Shown here: positions 14,124-22,729 of the stretch, piece by piece
How the letters are laid out: each line of letters opens with the position of its first letter
Position numbering within the stretch: position 1 is the stretch's first letter
From: Bdellovibrionales bacterium
GTDB lineage: Bacteria > Bdellovibrionota > Bdellovibrionia > Bdellovibrionales > UBA1609
NCBI GenBank assembly: GCA_050246815.1
Contig: JBFWVI010000009.1
Span: 3,238-67,237 of the forward strand
Reading direction: 5' to 3'
DNA: 64,000 nt
Notes under the pieces: model-generated
The model's database searches: none
Told to the model about the DNA's origin: nothing
The model's input: only the letters and a program-made list of their open reading frames with translations
Program-made: the position numbers and the translations under genes

Positions 14124-14948
14124 GTGAAAAGAAGCAGTCTTCTTCAAAACCTGAGTGTCATCGTGTTTTTTGCCGGCATGATTTTTTTGTTTCAGAATTG
14201 CAATGTGTTAAGCCGGCCTCAGGCGGTCGACATGTCATCACTTTCGTTGCTTTTATTTCATGACAACTTTGATGTGGCGACTTTACAATGTATGGATTGT
14301 CATGAAAGTGATCGAAAAGACGTCGCTCACTTTGCAGGGCAAGACTGTGCCGGTTGCCATGTGCCTGGCCCAGGTTGGGCTGTAAGCGCGGATGCCGCAC
14401 ATAACCCAGTACCAGTTCAATGCAAATCCTGCCATGCTGATGGAGCCACTTACGATCGATATCCTGTTGGTCATATGGCAATTGCAAGTGGCAGTGATTG
14501 TATTGACTGCCATAAGGCGTCCATCAGTGCGGGCTTTATGGATTGGAAGGGTGGTTTATTTGCACACGATGCTACATTAATCGCAGGAAGAAACTGTTCA
14601 AGCTGCCATGCTGCAGATCGCCCCCCGATCGTTAATTCAACGAACATCAACCCCAGTATCAATGATGCCCGTGTCGTGGATAAAACTCACTTTGCGGCCA
14701 AAGATTGCTTTTACTGCCACAATGCACCACCGACAGGAAACTCGTGGCGAGGTGCCAGTGCCAATCAGTATGAACACACCGATGCATCAGGAATCAAACT
14801 CAATTTCTGCCTCTCTTGCCACATGAGAAGTGAGCATGTGGGCGTACACGGCTCGGTCAACTCGGACTTAGACACAGACGGAAAGTGCCAGCAATGTCAC
14901 CAGAAACGAAGAAGCTGGGACAAATCGCCGCGCAATCCAAACTTGTGA
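14124..14948 (+). CDS. Octaheme c-type cytochrome, probable lipoprotein
   Basis: 274 aa from a GTG start. Eight CXXCH motifs: CMDCH, CAGCH, CKSCH, CIDCH, CSSCH, CFYCH, CLSCH, CQQCH. The signal peptide ends ...IFLFQNC. Confidence 0.8.
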   Translation: MKRSSLLQNLSVIVFFAGMIFLFQNCNVLSRPQAVDMSSLSLLLFHDNFDVATLQCMDCHESDRKDVAHFAGQDCAGCHVPGPGWAVSADAAHNPVPVQCKSCHADGATYDRYPVGHMAIASGSDCIDCHKASISAGFMDWKGGLFAHDATLIAGRNCSSCHAADRPPIVNSTNINPSINDARVVDKTHFAAKDCFYCHNAPPTGNSWRGASANQYEHTDASGIKLNFCLSCHMRSEHVGVHGSVNSDLDTDGKCQQCHQKRRSWDKSPRNPNL

Positions 14949-14950
14949 TT

Positions 14951-15541
14951 TTACTCTTTCAAAAGACGCGACATTTCTTGAATCGACGCAGGGCTTTGCC
15001 AATCTCTAAAACCACTAATCTTGCGGTAAAACTTCAAGCCTTTTTTTAAAATATAGCTTTCAGGCAGCGCTGAAGTTCCATAACTATTAGCGGTCTGTCC
15101 GAATGGGTCCAGCAATGTAATGAAATTCGAACTTGGTTTGATTTTTAAGTTTTTAAAAAAATCGAGCACCACGGACGAATTCTTGTCTTGCGAGATCGCG
15201 AGGATAAGAATTTCTTTTTCAAAGCTTCTTGAAAATTGAAGAAGAGAGGGCAGTTCGTCCAAACAGGGTTTGCACCAGGTAGCCCAAAAGTTAACGATCA
15301 CAATCTTATCTGTATGGTCTTGAATGGCAAATGGGCTTCCGTTCAAGTCAAGAAGCGAGAAGTGCGGCGCTTGTTGAAAGGGCGTCTGTAGAGTCGCAAT
15401 ATCAAGGTCCGAGGGATTGATTTCTGGATTCACAACATAGCGATCGACAAGTTTGTAGGTGCCGAAGGCGATGGCCACTACCGCGAGCAAAATCAGCGTT
15501 GTGGTTAAAGTCCGAGATCGAATGTGAACTGGTTGTGACAT
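14951..15541 (-). CDS. Membrane-anchored TlpA/ResA-like thiol-disulfide oxidoreductase
   Basis: 196 aa with an N-terminal TM helix (TLILLAVVAIAFGTY) and a thioredoxin-fold active site, FWATWCKPCLDELP. Its start overlaps the 3' end of the 30-heme gene by 37 nt. Confidence 0.8.
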   Translation of the reverse strand: MSQPVHIRSRTLTTTLILLAVVAIAFGTYKLVDRYVVNPEINPSDLDIATLQTPFQQAPHFSLLDLNGSPFAIQDHTDKIVIVNFWATWCKPCLDELPSLLQFSRSFEKEILILAISQDKNSSVVLDFFKNLKIKPSSNFITLLDPFGQTANSYGTSALPESYILKKGLKFYRKISGFRDWQSPASIQEMSRLLKE

Positions 15542-17985
15542 TTATTACATTCCTGCACGCCTAAAATTGGTGCGTGATTGAAGGTGGAGTTATCGACGTT
15601 GTTGCGATGGCAGTCTGTGCAGCTTGAGTAAGTGCCCTGGTAGACTCCATTGTTGTGGCACGAGAAACAATCCAAAGCTCGATGACTCCCGCGAAGCGGG
15701 AAGGCTGTCATGGAGTGGCGAAATTTTGAATGCTCCCAAAATGTTTGTCGGTGGCATTCGCTGCAATTGGGTAAGGAGCCATTGTGGACGTCGTCTTTTT
15801 GGTGGCAGACAGAGCAGCTTTCGCTGAGGCCCGAAAGTTTACGATCTTCTCGGTGGCACTCCACGCAAGACAGCGTAAAGTGGCTCGCATGCAAAGTGAA
15901 ATTGCGGTGAAAGTCCTTTACGATGGACCAACCTTTGTCGATGTGGCAGCTTTGGCAGCGATTGCCGAATTGCCCCTTATGGGTATCATCTCTTTTGTGG
16001 CAGTCGACGCAATCGGTTGAGAGTGGCCGATAGAGAGTTAATCTGTAGGCCTTCTGGTCGGGGCCAAATTGCACGCGCTTAGTTTCGTGGGGTTTATGGC
16101 AATCGCTGCATTTTGTCTTGACGTGTTTACCCGATAGCGCAAACCGTGTGCCCTTGTTGTGATTGAAGTTGGTCGGCGACCACTTTTTTTCGTTATGACA
16201 ATTTTGGCAGCTGATTCCTAATTGGCCAGCATGAAAATCAGAGTGACAAGTGGTGCAGGATTTTTTTTCCAGATCTGGGAAAAGAAAGCGGTGCCAAACT
16301 ACTTCTTTTTGTCCGTAAGTCGAGCGGTTCAATGGCTTGTGACAATCGGCGCATTTAAGATCTTTGTGCCGCCCTTTAAGGGAAAATGCGGTTCGCTCAT
16401 GGTCAAAGGATTTGAGATCAGAAAAGCGAGTGGTGGTATGGCATTCGGTGCAATTTTTTGCCGAAAATGCGGTGTGGAATTGATCCAAGTGAGGGTTGCG
16501 ATGACAATCGAGACAAAATCCGGATTCAAAGCTTGGAAACTTAAAGACTTGCTTGCCGTTTTGATTGTGGCACGAGGAGCATTTAAGATTTTGATGCTGG
16601 CCGCTGAGCTGGAATCGGGTTTGATTGTGATCGAAAGTTCCTTTTTTGTCATTGGGTTGCAGATGCCAGCCCTCTGTAATATGGCAAGTGCTGCACTTTT
16701 TATTTGTAAAAGCCTTTGATGGAGAGCCCAAGTGAGGGTTTTGGTGGCAGGCGTTGCAGCTGGCGGAGGTTAGGTTGTGCCATAAATATCGGCCTGGCTT
16801 GTTGGCCCTATGCAGTGGCATCAAGAGTCCAGCTTTCTTTTTTTCCGGTAGATGGCAGTCCGCGCAAGACAGTGCGCTGTGTTTGCCATCGATTTCAAAG
16901 CGAGTGTTTGTTGAGTGGTTGAAGTCGTGAGTTTTCTTCCAATCGGATTCGGAATGACAGGATAAGCAGTTGTTTGGATTTTTTATGCGTGGAGATTTGT
17001 AGGCGCCAAACAAATGCTGATCTTTATGACAAGTGAGGCAGGCTTGTGAGAGGCCTTTGTAGTTGAGTTGGGCCGCTTTGGGCCGGCCGGCGTTTTGTTT
17101 ATGACAGTCTGTGCAGCGAAGCTGGGCGTGTTTGCCGCGAAGCGGATAGCCGGTGTTTTGGTGTGGGAAGCTTGTTGTCTTCCAGCTAGTTTGATTGTGG
17201 CATGTGGTGCAATTGCCGTTTTGATATTTAGCCGAAAGATTTTGTCGGTGAGGCGATTCATGACAGCTAAGGCACTTTGAGCTTGAAAGCTGTTTCCAAT
17301 GATAGCGCGCAGGTGACTTGGGGGTGGTCGGCTTCTGAGGGGAGTGACAGTCTTGGCACTTTAACTGAGCGTGCTTTTCTTCAAGCTGAAATCGCGTATC
17401 CCGATTGTGATCAAATTTGGTTACTGTTTTCCAGGCCTGACTGTTGTGGCATGCATCACAGTCCTTTCGGGCCCACTTATCCGTGAACTGATGAATGTCG
17501 TCTTTGCGGTGGCAAGAGATGCAGCTTGAGATCTGCCCAATGTAGCGGACCCCGTCGGGTCGAATAGGCTTTTGTGAGCGCTTTTGTTTGTGGCAGTCCG
17601 TGCACTTGAGTTGAGCGTGTTTGCCCGTCAGCGAAAGGCCTGTGATGTCATGGTTGAACTTGGCTTCGTTCAAAATTGTTGTATCATGTTGGCGACCTTG
17701 GTGGTCGGAATGGCAGTCCTGGCACTTTTTATCTGTGCGTCCGTGCAGTCCGCGTTTTTCATTTACGAACGGCAGGATCTCCTTATGGCATTCAAGGCAT
17801 TTTTGGCTGGGCAGTCCTTTGCCCGCATCGTGGCATTTCATGCAGTCCGTGGCCTCTAAGTCTTTGTGCCCTTCGATAAGGGGGCCTGGTGCAAAGAGTT
17901 TATTGAGCAGGGCTTCCCGACTGGCCTCTTGGGCTTGCAGGACAACAGGTATCAAAACCAGTAGGGTATAGAGCCAACGCTTCAT
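15505..17985 (-). CDS. 30-heme c-type cytochrome (secreted)
   Basis: 826 aa with a signal peptide (LIPVVLQA/QEA). I counted 30 CXXCH motifs. The segment F-x-H-x(2-4)-T-x-F-x-L-x-G-x-H-x2-L-x-C-x2-CH recurs nine times, at hemes 4, 7, 10, 13, 16, 19, 22, 25 and 28. Confidence 0.85.
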   Translation of the reverse strand: MKRWLYTLLVLIPVVLQAQEASREALLNKLFAPGPLIEGHKDLEATDCMKCHDAGKGLPSQKCLECHKEILPFVNEKRGLHGRTDKKCQDCHSDHQGRQHDTTILNEAKFNHDITGLSLTGKHAQLKCTDCHKQKRSQKPIRPDGVRYIGQISSCISCHRKDDIHQFTDKWARKDCDACHNSQAWKTVTKFDHNRDTRFQLEEKHAQLKCQDCHSPQKPTTPKSPARYHWKQLSSSKCLSCHESPHRQNLSAKYQNGNCTTCHNQTSWKTTSFPHQNTGYPLRGKHAQLRCTDCHKQNAGRPKAAQLNYKGLSQACLTCHKDQHLFGAYKSPRIKNPNNCLSCHSESDWKKTHDFNHSTNTRFEIDGKHSALSCADCHLPEKKKAGLLMPLHRANKPGRYLWHNLTSASCNACHQNPHLGSPSKAFTNKKCSTCHITEGWHLQPNDKKGTFDHNQTRFQLSGQHQNLKCSSCHNQNGKQVFKFPSFESGFCLDCHRNPHLDQFHTAFSAKNCTECHTTTRFSDLKSFDHERTAFSLKGRHKDLKCADCHKPLNRSTYGQKEVVWHRFLFPDLEKKSCTTCHSDFHAGQLGISCQNCHNEKKWSPTNFNHNKGTRFALSGKHVKTKCSDCHKPHETKRVQFGPDQKAYRLTLYRPLSTDCVDCHKRDDTHKGQFGNRCQSCHIDKGWSIVKDFHRNFTLHASHFTLSCVECHREDRKLSGLSESCSVCHQKDDVHNGSLPNCSECHRQTFWEHSKFRHSMTAFPLRGSHRALDCFSCHNNGVYQGTYSSCTDCHRNNVDNSTFNHAPILGVQECNKCHNQFTFDLGL

Positions 17986-19313
17986 AAGCGTCCCCGCGGT
18001 GGCGTGCCGTCTCGGAGCGGAGAAATTTTTTGATTGCCGAACAAAAGTGTGACTTGGAAGAGCGCAGAATAGATTTCAACTTTTTCGTCTCGTTGGTACT
18101 GTAGACTGGCGGCGCCAAAAAAACGCCGTGAGACTTGGAAGGCATAAGTGGCTTCACCGATGATCGGGTGCAGGTGTTGACCCGTGGTCTCAGTTTCAGC
18201 GCCAAGGTCAATTGAGAACTCATACTCATCTTTGTCGGTGAAATAGCCAAAGCTGTATCCGCCATAAGTGCCAGTTTTCGTAAATTCCTTTTTTTGTGCA
18301 AGTCGGTAAGACATATCGATGTTTTTGGAGTGTATTCTTGGCGTTTTACATTCGCCAGTGACATTTAAGCGCTCCAAGTCATCCGCGCTTCGTTTTCCGT
18401 AGCGGGTTTGGAGGGTCCAGCGAAGCGTTGGACTAGAGAGCAGGGTGCCACGAAGAGACGCTTCTTTGTATGGGCTGGGCTCTAATTGTTCGCGTAGGTC
18501 CTGGGCACGGCGATATTCGACAACGTCGTAGGCGCTCAGACCTAATTGAGTGAAAAAGCGGGATGTCCATTTTTGGTCATAGAGAGCCAACCCATTTTGA
18601 ACGTAAGTGCGAGGCACAAAATCCAAGTACACCATACTTGAGACTTGGCTCCCCACGGCCCATTGATAGGCGCTTCTTTGGTAGAGGTACTGGCGATCAG
18701 TTTGGCCATCGTATTGTTGTGTGACGTGGGCCACATGAAGTTCTTTGCGTGTAGTCCATGACGGTGTTTTGGGAGTCAGCGAAGCTATCGCGCCGAAGGT
18801 GGTGGCCTTTTCGCGAAACTGGAGATAGCTTTTGTCATATTGTTTTGGGTTAAGGCCGGCAAAGGCTTCGGCGCTAAAACTTTGCGACAGCCGCCATCCA
18901 ATGCTCGCGCCATCGTTGAATGTAGCGCCAGCATCTGGTATCGCATAGCGGCCGACCTCAAAAATAAGACCTTCTGAATTGGGATTTTTTCGTAAGGAGA
19001 GTTGGCGGACTTGGAATGAGTTGTGATCTGTCAGTTCCTGTCTTTCGCGGTCTAGCTTATTGAAAAAATCATGTTTGTCCCTGAGATCCGAGGTGAAGAC
19101 CCACTCGCGCGTGAGCAGGTCCCCCGCACGATAGTAAAACCGGGCCGACGAAGTGGCAAAATCATTGTTGTCGGTGCTGAAGGGCTCGGGCTCATGTTTT
19201 TCATGGGAGAAAAAGGCGCCAAAGCTAAGGCGCCCGTGTTCATCAAAGGCAAAAGTGGGGACCGCAAAGACGGCCCCAAACAACATCGGGATAAGTAAGC
19301 TTTTACTTTTCAT
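17982..19313 (-). CDS. Putative outer-membrane beta-barrel (porin-like) protein
   Basis: 443 aa with a signal peptide (MLFGAVFAVPTFA/FDEH). It shows alternating hydrophobic/polar stretches rich in Y/F/G (for example YEFSIDLGAETE...ATYAFQVSRRFFGAASLQYQ...IYSALFQVTLLF). Its stop overlaps the cytochrome start (ATGA). No family was recognised by eye. Confidence 0.5.
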   Translation of the reverse strand: MKSKSLLIPMLFGAVFAVPTFAFDEHGRLSFGAFFSHEKHEPEPFSTDNNDFATSSARFYYRAGDLLTREWVFTSDLRDKHDFFNKLDRERQELTDHNSFQVRQLSLRKNPNSEGLIFEVGRYAIPDAGATFNDGASIGWRLSQSFSAEAFAGLNPKQYDKSYLQFREKATTFGAIASLTPKTPSWTTRKELHVAHVTQQYDGQTDRQYLYQRSAYQWAVGSQVSSMVYLDFVPRTYVQNGLALYDQKWTSRFFTQLGLSAYDVVEYRRAQDLREQLEPSPYKEASLRGTLLSSPTLRWTLQTRYGKRSADDLERLNVTGECKTPRIHSKNIDMSYRLAQKKEFTKTGTYGGYSFGYFTDKDEYEFSIDLGAETETTGQHLHPIIGEATYAFQVSRRFFGAASLQYQRDEKVEIYSALFQVTLLFGNQKISPLRDGTPPRGRL

Positions 19314-19342
19314 TTCAATCAGGCTCTGTCTAGAATGCTAGC

Positions 19343-21085
19343 GTGGGATGGCTTAAACGTCAGCTTTTGTTCAAAATCTTTTCCTCGGTCAAATTCGCCG
19401 TCCCGTTGCTGTTGGTCATCGCGGCGGTGATCGCGGCCGGGACCTTGGTTGAGAGTCGATACAACGCCAGCTATGCACAAATGCGAGTCTATGAAACCTG
19501 GTGGTTTCGCGCTCTGATGGGCTGTTTGGGGCTTTCTGTTTTCACGGCGGCATTGTCACGCTGGCCATGGCAAAAGCGCCACGTGGGTTTTTTAGTCACG
19601 CATCTAGGTATTTTGATGATGCTGGCGGGAGGCGTGGTCACAAAACTTTGGGGCATTGATGGTCAGTTGCAGATACCCGAAGGAAAGTCGGGGCAGCAGG
19701 TGTTTATTTCGGAGCGTGTCTTTGAGTACTCAGGACCAAGAGATTTTAAGAAAATTCTCATCCCCACAAGCGCGAGTGCGTGGCGTGAAGGGTGGTTGAG
19801 CCCGGTCAGGCAGGAGCCGGATTCACCTGCGCAAGTCGTGGGATTTGAGCCTTTTGTACGACCTCGTGCTCAAAGCGGCCCCCGGGGAGCAGGGGGGAAG
19901 TTCATTGCGTTTCGCCTGCAAAGCCAGTTTTTTGATCAGGAGGAATGGCTGGACTCCGTTGAGCGACCACAAATTCAAATGGGGCCGGCGCTGATTCGCT
20001 TTGGTATGCAAGAAAAGATGCTCGTGCCAAAGCAGGAGCCGCTGCATAAAAAAGACTTTGTGGGACTGTTTATTCGAGACGCCGATGGCGAAGCCGTTGC
20101 CAAACGTCTAGACATTGGTCTTGGGCAGCGCGAAGCCCGCATCGGGGCTGTGAAAATTCAGGTGAAGCAAGTTCTGAAGCGTGCCACTGTGGCGGACAAC
20201 AAGATCGCGGAGGGCGATAGCGGCCCGCTTAACCCAGCACTGGAGATTGAGATCTTAGCGAATGGAAAAACATATCGCGATGTGATTTTCTCGCGCTTCC
20301 CAAGCTTTTCCCTTCTGAAAGAAAATCCAACTCGCTTTCGCTTCGAATACGTGGCTGGAGGTTCGGGAGAATCGCTACAAAATGAGGATGCCGCGCGCAA
20401 TTTAATTGAATTTATTCCTTCGCCTGAGCAATCGGACAAAGCCATTTTGAGGTTGTCCAAGCAAGGCAAAGTCATTTTAGAGAAAGAAGTAAAAGTCGGA
20501 GAGCCAACCGATACTCCATGGATGGGTATGAAAGTGACTTTAGTTTCCTTAACTGCGCCTGAAACCAATACAGCGCAGGCGGAGAAAATTGAGACTATTC
20601 GCCCCACGCCTAAACAGCCCAATTTGCCGCCGAGTGCAATTTTAGTTCGTGTGGCAGGCGAGCAACCTCCTTTTTGGCTGGTGGAGGGCGATATCAAGGA
20701 TGTTCAGGTTCGAGGAGAGCGTTACCAGTTCTATTATGGGCTTAATTCCATTCGCTTGCCGTTTGCGCTTGAGCTCTTAAAATTTACAAAAGTTGACTAT
20801 CCGGGAACTGAGACTGCGATGTCGTTTGCGAGTGACGTTCGCGTCGTAACAGACCAAAGTCGACATACAATTTCGATGAATGAACCATTGAAACGAGATG
20901 GTTACACTCTTTATCAGAGCAGTTATGATCTACAACCGGGACGCCCTGCGCTTTCGATCTTTTCTGTGAATCGGGACCCTGGGCGTTGGATCAAATACAT
21001 GGGCGGATTGGTTTTAGCATTTGGGATTGTCACGCTGACCATAACGAGAAGCCGGATGGCGCGGCGGAGCGGGAAACAAGTATGA
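19343..21085 (+). CDS. ccsB: Cytochrome c biogenesis protein CcsB/ResB (System II)
   Basis: 580 aa from a GTG start. The ResB-like N-terminus is KFAVPLLLVIAAVIAAGTLVESRYN..., followed by a large periplasmic domain and a C-terminal TM. It overlaps ccsA by 4 nt. Confidence 0.8.
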   Translation: MGWLKRQLLFKIFSSVKFAVPLLLVIAAVIAAGTLVESRYNASYAQMRVYETWWFRALMGCLGLSVFTAALSRWPWQKRHVGFLVTHLGILMMLAGGVVTKLWGIDGQLQIPEGKSGQQVFISERVFEYSGPRDFKKILIPTSASAWREGWLSPVRQEPDSPAQVVGFEPFVRPRAQSGPRGAGGKFIAFRLQSQFFDQEEWLDSVERPQIQMGPALIRFGMQEKMLVPKQEPLHKKDFVGLFIRDADGEAVAKRLDIGLGQREARIGAVKIQVKQVLKRATVADNKIAEGDSGPLNPALEIEILANGKTYRDVIFSRFPSFSLLKENPTRFRFEYVAGGSGESLQNEDAARNLIEFIPSPEQSDKAILRLSKQGKVILEKEVKVGEPTDTPWMGMKVTLVSLTAPETNTAQAEKIETIRPTPKQPNLPPSAILVRVAGEQPPFWLVEGDIKDVQVRGERYQFYYGLNSIRLPFALELLKFTKVDYPGTETAMSFASDVRVVTDQSRHTISMNEPLKRDGYTLYQSSYDLQPGRPALSIFSVNRDPGRWIKYMGGLVLAFGIVTLTITRSRMARRSGKQV

Positions 21086-22725
21086 AAAGAAACTGGCTCG
21101 TCTTGATATGTATGCTGTGCATTCCCTCATCGGTCATGGCCCTGACAGATCCGCATGAGGCATTTTTAAGTCATGGCCGACAGATTCGAAGCCAGCTTTT
21201 TGAAACTTTGCCTGTACATGATCGTGGACGTATTAAGCCGGCACATACTTTTATGCGCGAGGCGATTTTATTTGTAACGGGAGGTTATAACTTCAGCGGG
21301 CTGGATGCCGTACAAACTTATCTGAGTCTTATCGGCTTTTCTGAAATTGAGCGGCTCAAAGTATTGAACGTCAGGCATGTGCCTGTGCGCAAAGCCTTGG
21401 GTTTGAACGCGTCAGCGAGATTTTTTTCAACGGCGGATATCGAAAGCAGTAAGTTATTGGAATTTGCTCAGCCGTTGTTGGAAAAGGAAGAGAAAAATTC
21501 GCGAGCGCTTGAGCCCCACGAAAAAAACCTGCTTGAAATCTACAACCAGTATTGGCTGTTAAAAAATATTCATTCAGGCCAACACTTGCTGCGGGCCGTG
21601 GATGCAAATGAGGTGGGACATGCGGCTGAATTCCACCAAGAGCCGACCGGCGAAGCGGTGCAAAAAGTTAGAGATTGGTTACAGGCGACTATCGATGGGA
21701 ATTGGAACTTAGTTTCGGAGTTGCGTTCACTTACATTCGAAGCTGTACGCCAACAACATTGGCCCGAGCTTTTTGCCAAGCAATTTGAGCACCTAGAAAG
21801 AGAAGTTCAGTACAACAAAATTCGCCCATTTTTAATCGCAGGCCTGCTTTTTTTAATTCTTGGCGCGAGCTTGGCGTTTAAGGACCATGTGCCGTTTCTA
21901 TCGAAGGTTAACTTTGGTTATTTACTTGTGCTGCCTTTTTTTCCGCTGGCCTATGGCCTTTATCTAAGAGTGATCATCACCGGGTTTGCGCCTGTGACCA
22001 ATATGTACGGAACCATGATCTGGGTTTCGTTTGGTATAGGGCTGTTCAGTCTAGTTTTATGGTATCTGTATCAAAAGCACCGTTTTGTCGGCGGCCTTTG
22101 GATCGCCGCCGCGGCAACACTTTTTTTAACTGAGAGTATTCCGCTGGTTCTAAGCCCGGATCTTGACCCAATTGTCGCTGTTTTACGGTCGAATCTGTGG
22201 CTGACCATCCATGTGCTCACGATTGTCATTTCTTATGCGGCCTTTGCTATTGCGATGATCCTTGGCAATATCGTTTTGATTCGTACTTTGCGTCGGCCTG
22301 TCTATGATGATCCTGCCATTCGCGATGCCGCCAAATCTTGCTACAGAATGATCCAGCTTGGCGTTTTTTTACTTTCCGGAGGCATTATTTTAGGAGGTGT
22401 CTGGGCGGATTACTCTTGGGGGCGTTTTTGGGGGTGGGATCCGAAAGAAACATGGGCCTTAATCGCAGATCTTGGCTTTTTGGCCATTCTACATGCGAAA
22501 TACGTCGGATGGCTGGGGGCCTATGGTCTGTTGGCGGCCTCGACTGTTGCATTTTTGCTTGTGATCATGGCCTGGTACGGCGTCAATTTTATACTTGCGG
22601 CGGGCCTGCACTCTTATGGCTTTTCGAGCGGCGGAGCGACAATGGTATTGGTTTTCGTGATCATGCAATTGGGGTTGTTGGCCGCCTCTCTTATGCGTTA
22701 TTCGCGGAGTAAAGTGGTAAGGTGA
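21082..22725 (+). CDS. ccsA: Cytochrome c biogenesis protein CcsA/ResC (System II heme handling) with a long N-terminal periplasmic extension
   Basis: Trp-rich WWD-type heme motif WGRFWGWDPKETWALI and multiple TM helices. The ATG at 21082 (MKRNWLVLICML...) overlaps the ccsB stop (ATGA). The ORF-track start at 20986 lies inside ccsB. Confidence 0.85.
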   Translation: MKRNWLVLICMLCIPSSVMALTDPHEAFLSHGRQIRSQLFETLPVHDRGRIKPAHTFMREAILFVTGGYNFSGLDAVQTYLSLIGFSEIERLKVLNVRHVPVRKALGLNASARFFSTADIESSKLLEFAQPLLEKEEKNSRALEPHEKNLLEIYNQYWLLKNIHSGQHLLRAVDANEVGHAAEFHQEPTGEAVQKVRDWLQATIDGNWNLVSELRSLTFEAVRQQHWPELFAKQFEHLEREVQYNKIRPFLIAGLLFLILGASLAFKDHVPFLSKVNFGYLLVLPFFPLAYGLYLRVIITGFAPVTNMYGTMIWVSFGIGLFSLVLWYLYQKHRFVGGLWIAAAATLFLTESIPLVLSPDLDPIVAVLRSNLWLTIHVLTIVISYAAFAIAMILGNIVLIRTLRRPVYDDPAIRDAAKSCYRMIQLGVFLLSGGIILGGVWADYSWGRFWGWDPKETWALIADLGFLAILHAKYVGWLGAYGLLAASTVAFLLVIMAWYGVNFILAAGLHSYGFSSGGATMVLVFVIMQLGLLAASLMRYSRSKVVR

Positions 22726-22729
22726 ACAT

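Noticed and set aside
16222-17971. Plus-strand ORFs (165 aa, 116 aa, 91 aa and others) antisense to the 30-heme cytochrome gene
   Set aside because: The minus strand carries 30 in-frame CXXCH motifs and a signal peptide. The antisense products are Cys/Ala/Val-rich mirror artefacts.
20986-21081. The N-terminal 32-codon extension of ccsA in the ORF track, and similarly 29727..29807 for phnE, 30487..30651 for phnC, 26254..26295 and 27037..27084
   Set aside because: Each extension overlaps the preceding gene or precedes the obvious signal peptide. Internal starts with RBS-like sequences or ATGA/TGATG coupling fit better.
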